Positions 27,985 to 38,963 are shown, counted from the stretch's first letter. The stretch is 64,000 bases of DNA from an uncultured Candidatus Saccharibacteria bacterium (GCA_964350985.1 CAYGLK010000002.1:165406-229405); one strand, 5' to 3'. Translations and numbers: made by a program. The notes: generated by a model not told the origin, from the sequence alone.

Positions 27985-29109
27985 TTATTTTTGGAGCTTA
28001 TCCAAAACTGGAGTTGTTCCGTGTTCAAGCAGAGTAAGCATCGACCCGCCGCCAATAGAGACAAAGCCGAACTGTTCGTTTAAGCCTAGCTTTTCAACCG
28101 CTGCTACTGTATCTCCGCCTCCAAGGACACTAAAGCCTGGCGCCTCAGCGATAAGTTTTGCGACCGCTTCAGTACTATCTACAAATCCCGCCTCGTAATT
28201 CCCAAATGGTCCATTCCACAAAATGGTCTTTGCCTCTTGTATATATGACGTTAGCATAGCTACAGTGTCAGGACCCATATCCATAATTTTTTCTTCAGGT
28301 AGCACTTGATCTACTGGTTTTGTCAGCACCCCTTCTGGGCCATCAACAATAACGTCAATTGGTAAAAGTAGTTTTTTGTTATTTAAAAACGAAGCCCCTT
28401 CCAGAGAAACTTCAGATACTAAAGACTTGCCTACTTCAAAACCTTTGGCTTTAAGAATATCATTGGTTAACGCTCCTCCAATAAACACGTGATCGTAAAG
28501 ATCAAGATACTTTTCTACCAAAGGCATCTTGGTTTCAAACTTAGCTCCTCCAAGTAAAAAGAGGGCTGGTTTTTCTGGCTGCATCACCTTAGCTACTCCA
28601 GTAACTTCAGCCGCTAATGCGATACCGGCGTAAGCTGGTAATACTTCTGCCAATCCAAGAGTCGATGCATGATCACGATGCACTTCTGCAAAAGCGTCGT
28701 TGACATAGAGATCCACTCCTTCGGCCATAACCGTTACCAACTCTTGATTGTTTTCTTCTTCACGAGAGTCTTGTCTTAGGTTTTCACAAAATAAAATCTC
28801 GCCGTCTTTCATTGATTCAAGTTTTTGAGTAAAGTCTGCATCAGTGATTTTTCCGCCCCAGGTCATTTCTAGTGAATTTTTTAGTTCTTCAAAAACAGGA
28901 TATAGGGTCTCTTCTGGTTCACGTCCAATATGCGAGATAACTATTGTGCGAGCTCCTTTTTCTTTTAAATACTCAAGGGTTGGCAACGCGCGGCGAAGTC
29001 GGAAAGAATTACGGACCTTTCCATCCACTAGTGGTACGTTGCAAGAAGACCTAACTAAAACAACTTTTCCTTGAAGGCCTTCGACTTCTGTTATTACTTT
29101 AAGATCCAT
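27985..29109 (-). CDS. pgk: Phosphoglycerate kinase
   Basis: 374 aa; N-terminal RSSCNVPL, GGGA/GGGD motifs. Adjacent to tpiA. Confidence 0.9.
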   Translation of the reverse strand: MDLKVITEVEGLQGKVVLVRSSCNVPLVDGKVRNSFRLRRALPTLEYLKEKGARTIVISHIGREPEETLYPVFEELKNSLEMTWGGKITDADFTQKLESMKDGEILFCENLRQDSREEENNQELVTVMAEGVDLYVNDAFAEVHRDHASTLGLAEVLPAYAGIALAAEVTGVAKVMQPEKPALFLLGGAKFETKMPLVEKYLDLYDHVFIGGALTNDILKAKGFEVGKSLVSEVSLEGASFLNNKKLLLPIDVIVDGPEGVLTKPVDQVLPEEKIMDMGPDTVAMLTSYIQEAKTILWNGPFGNYEAGFVDSTEAVAKLIAEAPGFSVLGGGDTVAAVEKLGLNEQFGFVSIGGGSMLTLLEHGTTPVLDKLQK

Positions 29110-29112
29110 AGA

Positions 29113-29877
29113 TTATTTTTTTGTTTCTGTTGCTTTAATAATAGCGGTAAAATCTTTTGCCAATAGACTAGCTCCTCCGACCAAAAATCCAGTCATGCCA
29201 CTTTGTGAATACAATACTTCTGCGTTACTTTCTTTAACCGACCCCCCATAGATAAGACGAACCTTTTCAGCGGTCTTTCGATCAAATAACTTTGTTAAAG
29301 TACTAACAATAAAAAGCTGAATTTCCTTAACGTCTTCCGCTGTCGCTGTCTGTCCAGTACCAATAGCCCATATCGGCTCGTAGGCAATAACTATTTTAGA
29401 GAGTTGTGGAGTTAAAAGATCAGTAGTTAATTCTTTAATTTGATTTGCCAGGTGATTAAAAAACTGACCTTGGGTGTCTCTTTTTATTTCACCAATACAA
29501 ACTACTGGAGTCAGTTTTCTTTTTAATAGAGCGTGCACTTTTTTATTCACTTGCTTATCAGTTTCACCTAAAGCTCTCCTCTCTGAGTGACCAACTATTA
29601 CGTACTCTACTCCATAGTTAGCTAACATCGCTGGGCCAATCTCTCCGGTTACAGCTCCTCTTTCCTCGTAGTGTGAATCTTGGGCCGCAAGTCTCACCTG
29701 ATCGTTGGCTAACTTTGAGACTTCAGGAATAAAAAGAAATGGAGGCGCAATGACAACTTTTGCTGAGATTGTTTTAGGTAATGCTTTTTTTACATCACTA
29801 AATAAAGTCTTTGCTTCAAGTGCATTTCCTGGGTTAAGCTTCCAATTTCCGATAACTAAGGCTTGTTGGTGTTTCAT
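29113..29877 (-). CDS. tpiA: Triosephosphate isomerase
   Basis: IGNWKLN, VIVGHSERR and IAYEPIWAIGTG motifs. Start placed at MKHQQALVIGNWK. Confidence 0.9.
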   Translation of the reverse strand: MKHQQALVIGNWKLNPGNALEAKTLFSDVKKALPKTISAKVVIAPPFLFIPEVSKLANDQVRLAAQDSHYEERGAVTGEIGPAMLANYGVEYVIVGHSERRALGETDKQVNKKVHALLKRKLTPVVCIGEIKRDTQGQFFNHLANQIKELTTDLLTPQLSKIVIAYEPIWAIGTGQTATAEDVKEIQLFIVSTLTKLFDRKTAEKVRLIYGGSVKESNAEVLYSQSGMTGFLVGGASLLAKDFTAIIKATETKK

Positions 29878-29947
29878 ATGACAAAATTGTAGCATATAGA
29901 AAAAGAGTCAGGCCGGTGAGGCCTGACTCTTTTTCTATAACTTTTAG

Positions 29948-31414
29948 CTACTGATTATCTCTCCATTCTGTAACAGTATAAACATCAGACGTTTTTGGTA
30001 CTAGCGGTGGCGGGTTAAGTACCAGGTTACGATCGTAGCTGTTAAAACGATTTTCAAAACCTGAAGTTGTATTACCACTACCATTACTCCACCGCGTACC
30101 AACTCTGCCGTTGGAGACAATTGTTCCATTAATTGTAAGAGAATCTCTAATGTGATACTGATCTAATGAATTCGGTGACAAGCCCTTATTTCCATCATCC
30201 CAACAATTCTGACAGTAATAATTTCGTCCAAAACGCCCTTGTTGAGCAACAAAGATTCCATTTAAAGTCATAACATCTGGCACATTAAGGCCTACCAAGA
30301 CATCCTGCTCGGCTATTGCCAATAAGCCCGAGGTAGTTGCCGAAGTATAAGTAATATTGTCGTTTAAAATAATCTGTGGGTTAATAGAGGCTGAAGAAAT
30401 ATCAGCTGCTGCAATAGTAACTTTTTGACTAACTACTCCCTGAAGCCATACTTTATCCTGAACAAAAATTAAAGGGCACAATGGATTTATAGGATAATCA
30501 GTTGTTGGCCCACTTGTATTTGAAATTACATGTCTCTCTGGTTGCCAATCATCTTGGCTTGAATATCCCCAATATTGAGTAGTTCCTGTTACTCTTCTAA
30601 CGCTGATTGTGTTGTCGCTGTTAAAGGTTATTCGGTAACCAAAAGCACCAGATGGTGGAATAAAGACACCTCCAGTAGCATTTTGAGCACGATCCTGCAT
30701 TTGCGCCAAGTCGATAGTTAAGCCAGTGAAGTCGATCGGCGCTGAAGGAAAAGAAAATAAACTTGGATTTGCATTAGCAGTAGTGGTAAAAACTCCGTCG
30801 CGGTTTCCGCTCGGAGAACAGAAATCACAATTCCAGGTTGTCTGACCACTTGTTACAGTGGAGTAGTTTGTTCCATCCATTCTAATACCGCCGTTAGAGT
30901 GATACGGTCCGACAATCTGACGATCAGCCCCAGCCCAGACGTTTGAGTTAATAATGTAGGCATACTCAGCTACACTGGGCCTTGAATACCTAGCAGTAAT
31001 ATTTCTCGACAATGTTGGGTCGGCGTAAGTATAGCCGGTTGAAGAGACTTCGATTGAAGCGATATCTCCGCAATAAGCACTACTATCTACTTCAAGAGAG
31101 AATTCTCCGATCGCAGCTCCTTCTGGGTCATAATAGACTTGAGTATATGGTCCAGGTAATCCAGTACCGTTAGTAATATCATTTGGATAGTGAGCTAAAA
31201 ACCATTTGTAATAGTTAAGTCCGGCTTCAGCAATGTCTAAAGCTTTTTGTAATTCAACTCTTTGAATCACTGCTTTATTTTGTGTGGCAATATAACCAAA
31301 GAAAGAAGATATGATCAAAAAAAGGATTCCGCCAAAAACCAAAACGACGACCAATAAATAACCCTTTTGTTGTAAATTATTATCTTTATTTTTTATAGAA
31401 AAAATATTTTGCAT
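29948..31414 (-). CDS. Type IV pilus minor component, PilX-N-like, with large C-terminal extracellular domain
   Basis: 488 aa; N-terminal hydrophobic anchor, then KALDIAEAGLNYYKWFL (PilX_N-like). Overlaps the upstream pilin gene. Confidence 0.5.
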   Translation of the reverse strand: MQNIFSIKNKDNNLQQKGYLLVVVLVFGGILFLIISSFFGYIATQNKAVIQRVELQKALDIAEAGLNYYKWFLAHYPNDITNGTGLPGPYTQVYYDPEGAAIGEFSLEVDSSAYCGDIASIEVSSTGYTYADPTLSRNITARYSRPSVAEYAYIINSNVWAGADRQIVGPYHSNGGIRMDGTNYSTVTSGQTTWNCDFCSPSGNRDGVFTTTANANPSLFSFPSAPIDFTGLTIDLAQMQDRAQNATGGVFIPPSGAFGYRITFNSDNTISVRRVTGTTQYWGYSSQDDWQPERHVISNTSGPTTDYPINPLCPLIFVQDKVWLQGVVSQKVTIAAADISSASINPQIILNDNITYTSATTSGLLAIAEQDVLVGLNVPDVMTLNGIFVAQQGRFGRNYYCQNCWDDGNKGLSPNSLDQYHIRDSLTINGTIVSNGRVGTRWSNGSGNTTSGFENRFNSYDRNLVLNPPPLVPKTSDVYTVTEWRDNQ

Positions 31415-31415
31415 A

Positions 31416-32033
31416 TTAAAGATTGTCTTTTAGGTTTCTTGGAGTTACCCCACTACGTAGTAGGAATTCTCCTGGTGAACGAACAGGGTCTATATTCACT
31501 ATTATCTTTGTGTCGATATATCGTACATCTGTGAGCAATGCACTTGGGGGAGTAAGAGCTGCTCCTGCACTATCGAAGTATAAAAACGTACTTGTACCTT
31601 GGACGATGTTTTGTACATACTCTGACAGAATTTCTACTCGATCAGGTGTTACTAAATTATACACTGGGGGTGTACCTGAAGCTTCATAAATATTTTTATA
31701 AATAGTAGTTCCAGTTAATACATACTCAACATATTCAACTGAAAGATCCTGGTCAGTATTAGTATAAAAACCAAAACGATGTGGCTGAATGACAGCTATA
31801 GGAAATGTCCCTGTATCGGAATAAGCCATTTCTCGAGCGTCACTAAGCCAATTTTGTAAACCTCTTCTAGCTTGATCAATTTCATAGGACTGAGCAATTG
31901 TATAACCATTTGCCTGGTAGAGATTAAAAATACTAGTATAGATCACTAATGTCATCATAGTATAAAGACTAACAACTACAATTGTCTCAACTAAAGTAAA
32001 CCCTTGGTTATGAAAAATTTTTTTCATAACCAC
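31416..32033 (-). CDS. Type IV prepilin-like minor pilin/pseudopilin
   Basis: 205 aa; class III signal QGFTLVETIVVVSL (G/FTLxE cleavage-methylation motif). Confidence 0.6.
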   Translation of the reverse strand: MVMKKIFHNQGFTLVETIVVVSLYTMMTLVIYTSIFNLYQANGYTIAQSYEIDQARRGLQNWLSDAREMAYSDTGTFPIAVIQPHRFGFYTNTDQDLSVEYVEYVLTGTTIYKNIYEASGTPPVYNLVTPDRVEILSEYVQNIVQGTSTFLYFDSAGAALTPPSALLTDVRYIDTKIIVNIDPVRSPGEFLLRSGVTPRNLKDNL

Positions 32034-33782
32034 TTATGGAGCTAAATTAATTACTTGTACAGAGGAGCCACCTATTACGTACGGATCTAATACTTGGGTA
32101 GCATAGCCTGGAGCACTAACTTCTAGTCTGTAGTCAGCTGCATCTAAAAGACCTCCAAAATAAGACTGTCCGCACCAACCAGTATTAATAGTTGAACTGT
32201 AAGCTGGTCTAGTCAAAGTTACAGTAGCGTCGATAATAGACGATTCTAAACCTGAATCATTCACTACTACTCTTAAATTATTTGTTGAACTGGTTGTGGT
32301 TCTAACGTCTAGGGTCACTTCAGAGCCTGGGTTAACAGTGATAGGGTTTGACGCGCAAGCTTCCATAATAACTGAGCCTCCTGTTAAGCTAACTAAGTAA
32401 GAATCCCATTCAATGTCATTGAACACCCTCTGACCTGAACCATCAGTACTAGAACTGACATCAAACTTATAGACAGTTGTAAGCGCTGAATTTGTTCCGA
32501 TTGATTTATTGCCGCGGAGGTTGAAATTGACTCCCGACAGCATGTTTTTGGACTCAATATAAGAAATAACTAACTCATCAATTCTTGGAGTAACTGTAGT
32601 GTTAGAAGTAGTCAGCTCAATCCCAGCTACTATTGTAGAGAACGTGCCAGCATCGAGCCCGCGCAGGTCAATAAACCTGTCAGAGAAACCAACAGAGTTT
32701 CCTGGTAAATATGTGTCGGAGATAATATCTGCTGTATTCGTACTTGTGTAAAACCGAACACGAAAATCTGTACCTGATGGCTTACTTGAAGTTACTTCTG
32801 CTACCCCCCAAGATTCAATAGTACTTGGGGTTAATGGATTTAAAACTACCGCACCAGAGATATCGTAAACTCCAGCTACTTGGTTTAATACTAAATCCCC
32901 TCCAGCAACCTCAACACTACTTGTTGCGGCAGCATTTAGTAAGTCGGTAAATTCTTCTGAGATGTTTTGTATTACAGGGTTATTGAAAATATTGACGGTC
33001 AAATCTCCAAGAAGATCGATTTGAAAATTCATAGTAGTGATATCACTTTCCAAAACTGTCACTGGTAGTTTAGAAGGATTCTCCAAAGAGGTAGTGGCTC
33101 GACGAGTCTGATCAGATGAATACCCCGGCGCAGATACAAAAAGTTCATACTCAGAAGCAGCTGGTGCTCCTGTAAAATACGCAATTCCAGTTGCATCAGT
33201 TTTTCTAGTGATATCAATCGTACTGGTAGTAGTTTCATTAAGGAGCCGAACATCTATACCAGCCAGCGGAAGGACGTTGGCATCAAAAACATTAACACGG
33301 ATAGTCCCTCCTCCAGCTGTGGTTTCAATTGATCTCGGTACAATTGTCGTAATTAGACTAAATGACTTAGCCCCACCATAAATATTCCAAGAATACTCAA
33401 CTTTAACAGTCTTATAATCAGCCAAAATCAAATTACTATCTGCTGGTCCAAAACCGTCAGCATCATCATCTTCGTATTGAATATATACCCGTTCGTTAAA
33501 CTCAATGCCATTTAATGAAACTGTACGATTTTGAGGAATCAAACCCTCTGGAATACCTGAAATAGTTCCTACATCGTTATAAGGTAGTGACTGAATGTAT
33601 TCGAGTCGATCAGTTGCCAACGAGAGCGCTGTCATTTGAGCTCTAGATTGAGCAATCACTTTTAGAGTGAATTCAAAAGAAGCAAAAAGACCTCCAAACA
33701 CTAATACTGTAATCGCAATCACCACTAAAACTTCAATCAAAGAGATTCCTCTGTTGTATTTTTGTTGAAGTGGTTTAAACAT
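32034..33782 (-). CDS. Type IV prepilin-like minor pilin (PilV-like) with about 540-aa extracellular extension
   Basis: 582 aa; RGISLIEVLVVIAI prepilin N-terminus. Large T/S-rich beta-rich C-terminal region. Confidence 0.6.
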   Translation of the reverse strand: MFKPLQQKYNRGISLIEVLVVIAITVLVFGGLFASFEFTLKVIAQSRAQMTALSLATDRLEYIQSLPYNDVGTISGIPEGLIPQNRTVSLNGIEFNERVYIQYEDDDADGFGPADSNLILADYKTVKVEYSWNIYGGAKSFSLITTIVPRSIETTAGGGTIRVNVFDANVLPLAGIDVRLLNETTTSTIDITRKTDATGIAYFTGAPAASEYELFVSAPGYSSDQTRRATTSLENPSKLPVTVLESDITTMNFQIDLLGDLTVNIFNNPVIQNISEEFTDLLNAAATSSVEVAGGDLVLNQVAGVYDISGAVVLNPLTPSTIESWGVAEVTSSKPSGTDFRVRFYTSTNTADIISDTYLPGNSVGFSDRFIDLRGLDAGTFSTIVAGIELTTSNTTVTPRIDELVISYIESKNMLSGVNFNLRGNKSIGTNSALTTVYKFDVSSSTDGSGQRVFNDIEWDSYLVSLTGGSVIMEACASNPITVNPGSEVTLDVRTTTSSTNNLRVVVNDSGLESSIIDATVTLTRPAYSSTINTGWCGQSYFGGLLDAADYRLEVSAPGYATQVLDPYVIGGSSVQVINLAP

Positions 33783-33784
33783 GT

Positions 33785-35014
33785 TTAAGATAACCCGTCT
33801 GAGATAGAGTAGATTGGTGAAATCATCGCTAGTGCAAAGAATCCAACTACTCCTCCAATCACAACCATCATAATCGGTTCAATAATAGTAGAGAGGTCTT
33901 TGGTCTTTCGTTCAACTTCTGTTTCATAAAAAATTGCCAACTCGCCTAGCATCCCGGAGATCTGACCTGTCTCCTCTCCAACTAGTATCATCTCCCCTAC
34001 CAGAATCGGGTAAAGGTCAGAGCGCTCAATAAATATTTCTGAAAGTGGAGTACCTTTCTCTACCCGCAACTGGGCTTCGGCTAAGACCTCTTTATAATAA
34101 ACATTCTGAACAACTTCAGCTGTAATTCCAATAGCTTGAATGACATCAACTCCAGAATTCAAAAGTGAAGACAAGGTCCTGGCAGTTCGAGCTGAGTTTG
34201 TCTCTTTTGCCATATTTCCAATAACTGGAAGTTTAGGAATAACATATGAAGTAAATTTTTTACCAATTTTTGACCGCAAGAAATAAATCACTCCGACTAC
34301 AAACCCAACTACAGCCAAAAGAGCGACCAGTGTATGTTCAGCGAAGAAGTCACTAGTATTGATCAATAAGACAGTGGTAGCAGGAAGGTCGATCTTCATA
34401 TCTTTAAAAACACCTGTAATCTGAGGTAAGACAAAGATCATCATTAAAATACCAATAATCACCATCACCGACATCACAATTCCCGGGTAGATCATTGCCC
34501 CTTTAATCTTTTTGGTTAGATTACTTGATCGTTCCATCTGTATCGCTAAAGTCTGCAGTGACTCAGATAGGTTTCCACTTTCTTCTCCCGACTTAATCAT
34601 CGCTACATATAGATCACTAAAGACTTCCGGAAATTCTTTTAGAGCTACGTAAAATTGTTCACCATTATTGATTCTTTCGGCAATTCTTTTTAAGACCCAT
34701 TTTGTCTTAAGGTTACTACTTTGTCTTTCGATAACTGACAAAGCTCGAGTAACTGTCAGTCCCGCCTTAAGCATTGACCCAAAGTTACGGGTCATCATCA
34801 CGAGTTCGTCAGCTGAGACGCGACTCATCATTAGGTTGATCTTTTCTAGATTAAAAAATTTACCAAAACTTGCCTCACCGTTTTCTTCAATATTGGAAAC
34901 TCGGTCACCATCTCGCCTAGCGATATCGTAGACAGCATAACGATCGTCAGCGCTCACCGTCTTGGTGATTTTTTGCCCCTCAGCATCTTCTCCAGTGTAA
35001 GTAAATTTAGGCAT
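33785..35014 (-). CDS. pilC: Type IV pilus inner-membrane platform protein PilC/GspF
   Basis: 409 aa; two GspF-type repeats and three TM segments. Confidence 0.85.
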   Translation of the reverse strand: MPKFTYTGEDAEGQKITKTVSADDRYAVYDIARRDGDRVSNIEENGEASFGKFFNLEKINLMMSRVSADELVMMTRNFGSMLKAGLTVTRALSVIERQSSNLKTKWVLKRIAERINNGEQFYVALKEFPEVFSDLYVAMIKSGEESGNLSESLQTLAIQMERSSNLTKKIKGAMIYPGIVMSVMVIIGILMMIFVLPQITGVFKDMKIDLPATTVLLINTSDFFAEHTLVALLAVVGFVVGVIYFLRSKIGKKFTSYVIPKLPVIGNMAKETNSARTARTLSSLLNSGVDVIQAIGITAEVVQNVYYKEVLAEAQLRVEKGTPLSEIFIERSDLYPILVGEMILVGEETGQISGMLGELAIFYETEVERKTKDLSTIIEPIMMVVIGGVVGFFALAMISPIYSISDGLS

Positions 35015-35019
35015 ATAAA

Positions 35020-36771
35020 CTATTCATTAATAACGCGCAATACTTCTTCAATGCTTGTTAGTCCTTTAGCAGCTTTATAGATACCGTCTTCAAGCATAGT
35101 GAGCATGCCTTCTTTTCTGGCTTGTGCTTCGATCTCGTCTCCAGTTTTTTGCGCCATTACCATCTCTTTGATGGTTGGAGATACTTGCAAGACTTCATGA
35201 ATTCCCATTCGGCCTTTGTAACCATCTTCAGTCTCTCCCTTTTCTTTTGGATGATAAAACTGAATATCGTTCCAGGTAGCATCCTCTTTAACTATCTTTT
35301 CTTCTTTTAGAGTATTCAATACTGAGTCGAGGTCAACGTGTGATGCTAATTCATCTCTCTCAGCCTTAGATAAAACATATGGCAAACGATCGTCAGCCAG
35401 CTTACGGACCAGTCGCTGACCAATTGCAACGCGCAAAGTAGAAACAAGCAAGAATGATTCCACTCCCATATCTACCAAACGAGCTACTGTTCCAGAAGCC
35501 GAGTTGGTGTGAACTGTAGCTAATACCAAGTGTCCTGTTAGGGCAGCGTTAATAGCTAGGCTAGCAGTCTCCTGATCACGAACTTCTCCAACCATAATAA
35601 TATCCGGGTCCTGACGCATTAGTGACCGTAAACCAGCCGCAAAAGTAAAGCCGATTTCTGGTTTAACCTGGCTTTGATTTACTCTAGCCATCTGGTACTC
35701 GATCGGGTCTTCAATGGTTGAGATATTTACTTCCGGAGAATTTAACAAGTCGAGAATTGTATAAAGAGTGGTCGACTTACCAGAACCAGTTGGTCCTGTT
35801 ACTAGGATAATACCGGTAGTAGCTCTAGTAGCCTTATGGATTCTCTCTAGAGTCGAACCATGGAAACCAATACCTTCAAGTGAAAAACCACTTCGGCTTT
35901 CACGAAGGAGACGCATAACAATCTTCTCACCAAAAAAGACTGGCAGCATCGAGACACGAAAAGCCACTTTCTGACCATCCATTTCCATTTTAAAACGACC
36001 GTCTTGAGGTAAGCGTTTTTGGTCTAACTTTAAGTTAGATAACACTTTAATTCTCGCTACCAAAGTACCAGCAGCGTGCTTGGGTAGCTTCATAGCATCA
36101 TTTAAAATACCGTCAATTCGGTAACGAACAACCACCTCTTCTTCCATTGGTTCAACGTGAATATCTGAAGCCCCCTGGATGATTGCGTGACGTAGTAAAG
36201 TATCAACAATCCGAACTACCGGTAAGTCCTCAGCCATCTTCTTTAAATCTTTCTCAGAAATCTCTTCCCCACCCTCTTCAGCAATCACTTTCAAAGCTGA
36301 AGCATCTTTCATAATCAATTCACCAAACTCATCTTTCAAAGTCTTCTGATATTGCCGTAGTGCGCCGCGCATTGACTCAGTGTCAGTCAGTCGAGGAAGG
36401 ATTTTTAGACCTACTTTCTTCTTCACAAAGTCGATCGCCGGCAGGTCGGCAGTGTCCAACATCGCCACTTCTAGTTCTTTATCTGTTTTCTTAAAAGCAA
36501 TAATGTTGTGCGTCCGAGCAACTGGCTCAGGGATCATAGTCAGAACATCAAAGTCAATCTTCATGTTCTTCAGAGAAACAAAAGGAACTCCTAGTACATA
36601 GGACTCTACCCGACGCATATCATCTTCTGTCATATGACCTTGAGCTATCAAGGCTTCAGCCAAAGTCCGTCGCTCGTCTTTGGCGACTTTCTCCACGGCA
36701 GCGATCTCTGACTTTTTAATCAAGCCAGCATCGATGATAAAAGTCTTAAGTTGTTCATCTTGTATTCGCAC
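35020..36771 (-). CDS. pilB: Type IV pilus assembly ATPase PilB/GspE
   Basis: 583 aa; N1/N2 domains, Walker A GPTGSGKSTTLYTIL, Asp/His boxes. Confidence 0.9.
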   Translation of the reverse strand: MRIQDEQLKTFIIDAGLIKKSEIAAVEKVAKDERRTLAEALIAQGHMTEDDMRRVESYVLGVPFVSLKNMKIDFDVLTMIPEPVARTHNIIAFKKTDKELEVAMLDTADLPAIDFVKKKVGLKILPRLTDTESMRGALRQYQKTLKDEFGELIMKDASALKVIAEEGGEEISEKDLKKMAEDLPVVRIVDTLLRHAIIQGASDIHVEPMEEEVVVRYRIDGILNDAMKLPKHAAGTLVARIKVLSNLKLDQKRLPQDGRFKMEMDGQKVAFRVSMLPVFFGEKIVMRLLRESRSGFSLEGIGFHGSTLERIHKATRATTGIILVTGPTGSGKSTTLYTILDLLNSPEVNISTIEDPIEYQMARVNQSQVKPEIGFTFAAGLRSLMRQDPDIIMVGEVRDQETASLAINAALTGHLVLATVHTNSASGTVARLVDMGVESFLLVSTLRVAIGQRLVRKLADDRLPYVLSKAERDELASHVDLDSVLNTLKEEKIVKEDATWNDIQFYHPKEKGETEDGYKGRMGIHEVLQVSPTIKEMVMAQKTGDEIEAQARKEGMLTMLEDGIYKAAKGLTSIEEVLRVINE

Positions 36772-37012
36772 AACAAATTGGAAATGAGCTAATAAGTGCT
36801 ATTACATTTATTGTATCACTAAAGCTATTTTTTAAAGCAAGATAATTCCCACAAAAAATTTACTTTTAATAACTTTTGGTCACTTTACTTTATTTGTAAA
36901 AAGGCCTATATTAGAGGAATCACGTGGATTGAATGCTCGGCTTGCGCCGGGCTTTCTTTATAAAGTGATAGTTGAGAAAAATTATCCAATTTATTATTAA
37001 ATATTTATTATT

Positions 37013-38413
37013 ATGTTTGACCTAAAAGTTATTAATGCCGTTTTAACGGAAATGGAAGAAGAGCGAGGAATTCCTCGAGAAAAATTACTAGATGCAATTG
37101 AGCAATCACTAGCAACAGCTTATAAAAAAGAATTTGGTAAAAGAGGCCAGATTATTAACGCTAAATTTGACTTAGCTGCTGGTACAACTACTTTTAATCA
37201 AGTGAAGATTGTAGTTGATGAAAGCATGCTTAAGGCAGAGACTCCAGAGGATGAAGAAGGGGCCGAGGCTGCTGAAGTAGAAGAGTCAGAAGATGAAGGA
37301 GACAAGATTCGTTTTGATGATGAAAAACACATCATGATCAATACTGCCAAAATGATCAAAAAAGATGTTCAGCTTGGTGAAGAACTTATCTTCCCTCTTG
37401 AACCAAAAGATGACTTTGGTCGTATTGCCGCTCAAACTGCAAAGCAAGTAATCGTACAAAAGATTCGAGAAGCTGAAAAAGAATCAGCTCTAGCAGAGTT
37501 TGGACAAAAAGCGGGCGACATTGTTGTTGGTTTTGTGCAGCGTTTTGAACGTGGAAATCTCTACGTTGACCTTGGCCGTGTTACAGCCATCATGCCTTAC
37601 GACGAACAAATTCCTGGAGAACGTTATAAACCAGGCGAAAGAATTCGTGCTATTTTGCTTGCTGTTGAAGAAACTTCACGAGGTATTTTTCTCAAACTAT
37701 CACGTTCTCATCCAGACTTCCTTTCAGAGCTCTTTGCTATCGAAGCACCTGAAATCCAAAGTGGGGCAGTAGAAGTAAAAGCAGTGGCCCGAGAAGCTGG
37801 AGCACGATCTAAGATCGCTGTCTTTGCTAACGATGCACACCTTGACCCGGTTGGATCACTAGTAGGGCAACGAGGAGTACGAGTATCTACTGTTATGAGT
37901 GAGCTTGGTGGCGAAAAGATCGACATCATTGAATGGTCTGCTAACCAAACCGAATTTATTGAAGACTCACTTTCTCCAGCTGAAGTAATGAGTGTGAAGA
38001 TTGTGTCTGAACCAAATGCAGAAACTGGTGAAAGAGGACACGCTATTGCTGAAGTGGCTCCTGATCAACAATCCCTAGCGATTGGTCGCGGTGGTCAAAA
38101 TGTTCGACTAGCAGCTAAGCTAACTGGTTGGAAGATCGACATCACTTCTGCTGAAAGTAAAGAAACTTTAGCTGAAGTTGATGATAGCGGCAATGTAAAT
38201 ATTGAAGCACCGGCCAGCTCTCCAGTAGGCAAAGAAGACGAAGCCTTAGAAGCAGAAGTAGCTACCACTGAAGCGCCTGAAGAAGCTAGTGAAGACGAAC
38301 CAACTAACGACCGAGATACAAATCCTGATACAGAAGAAATGAACGAAATTGATACACCTGAAGAAGCGGAAGCGTTAGTTGCTGAGGAAGAAGAAAAAGC
38401 GAAAGGCAAATAA
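37013..38413 (+). CDS. nusA: Transcription termination/antitermination factor NusA
   Basis: 466 aa; NusA N-terminal domain, S1 and two KH regions (GQRGVRVSTV..., GRGGQNVRLAAKLTGWKIDI), acidic C-terminus. Confidence 0.85.
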   Translation: MFDLKVINAVLTEMEEERGIPREKLLDAIEQSLATAYKKEFGKRGQIINAKFDLAAGTTTFNQVKIVVDESMLKAETPEDEEGAEAAEVEESEDEGDKIRFDDEKHIMINTAKMIKKDVQLGEELIFPLEPKDDFGRIAAQTAKQVIVQKIREAEKESALAEFGQKAGDIVVGFVQRFERGNLYVDLGRVTAIMPYDEQIPGERYKPGERIRAILLAVEETSRGIFLKLSRSHPDFLSELFAIEAPEIQSGAVEVKAVAREAGARSKIAVFANDAHLDPVGSLVGQRGVRVSTVMSELGGEKIDIIEWSANQTEFIEDSLSPAEVMSVKIVSEPNAETGERGHAIAEVAPDQQSLAIGRGGQNVRLAAKLTGWKIDITSAESKETLAEVDDSGNVNIEAPASSPVGKEDEALEAEVATTEAPEEASEDEPTNDRDTNPDTEEMNEIDTPEEAEALVAEEEEKAKGK

Positions 38414-38438
38414 TTAGAAATTTAATTAAGCTATAATT

Positions 38439-38963
38439 ATGAATCTACTTCACGATATCGCTCCTGGAACTAAGGAGGAAATGAATGTTATTGTCGAGAT
38501 CCCTAAATTCTCAAAAAATAAATACGAAATCGATAAGGAAACGGGTTTAATTGCTCTAGATAGAGTGATGCACTCTTCTCAAGATTATCCTTTTGACTAT
38601 GGTTTTGTTCCACAAACACTTTGTGACGATGGTGACGCGCTAGACGTTGTTCTATTCACTACTTACCCACTAGCTTCAGGTATCTTAGTAAAAGCTCGTC
38701 CTGTAGCGATGATGGAAATGATTGATGGTGGTGAACAAGACAATAAAATCGTCGCGGTCCCAGTTGATGACCCTCGGATGAACGACATTAAAGATATGTC
38801 TGACCTGAATTCTCACTTTATCAAAGAGATGACTCACTTCTTTGAAACTTACAAAAAGATTCAAAATAAAGAGGTAAAAATCGGTACTTGGCATGGAGCT
38901 AATGAAGCCAAAACAGAATTTGATAAAAGTTGCGCGATGTATAAAGAAAAAGGTTCAAAATAA
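38439..38963 (+). CDS. ppa: Inorganic pyrophosphatase (family I)
   Basis: 174 aa; EIPKFSKNKYEID...DGDALDVVL signature. Confidence 0.9.
   Translation: MNLLHDIAPGTKEEMNVIVEIPKFSKNKYEIDKETGLIALDRVMHSSQDYPFDYGFVPQTLCDDGDALDVVLFTTYPLASGILVKARPVAMMEMIDGGEQDNKIVAVPVDDPRMNDIKDMSDLNSHFIKEMTHFFETYKKIQNKEVKIGTWHGANEAKTEFDKSCAMYKEKGSK

Noticed and set aside
36925-36965. Hairpin gctcggc-ttgc-gccgggc + T-run upstream of nusA as a functional attenuator
   Set aside because: The stem requires a G-U pair and no upstream same-strand gene needs termination; insufficient support.
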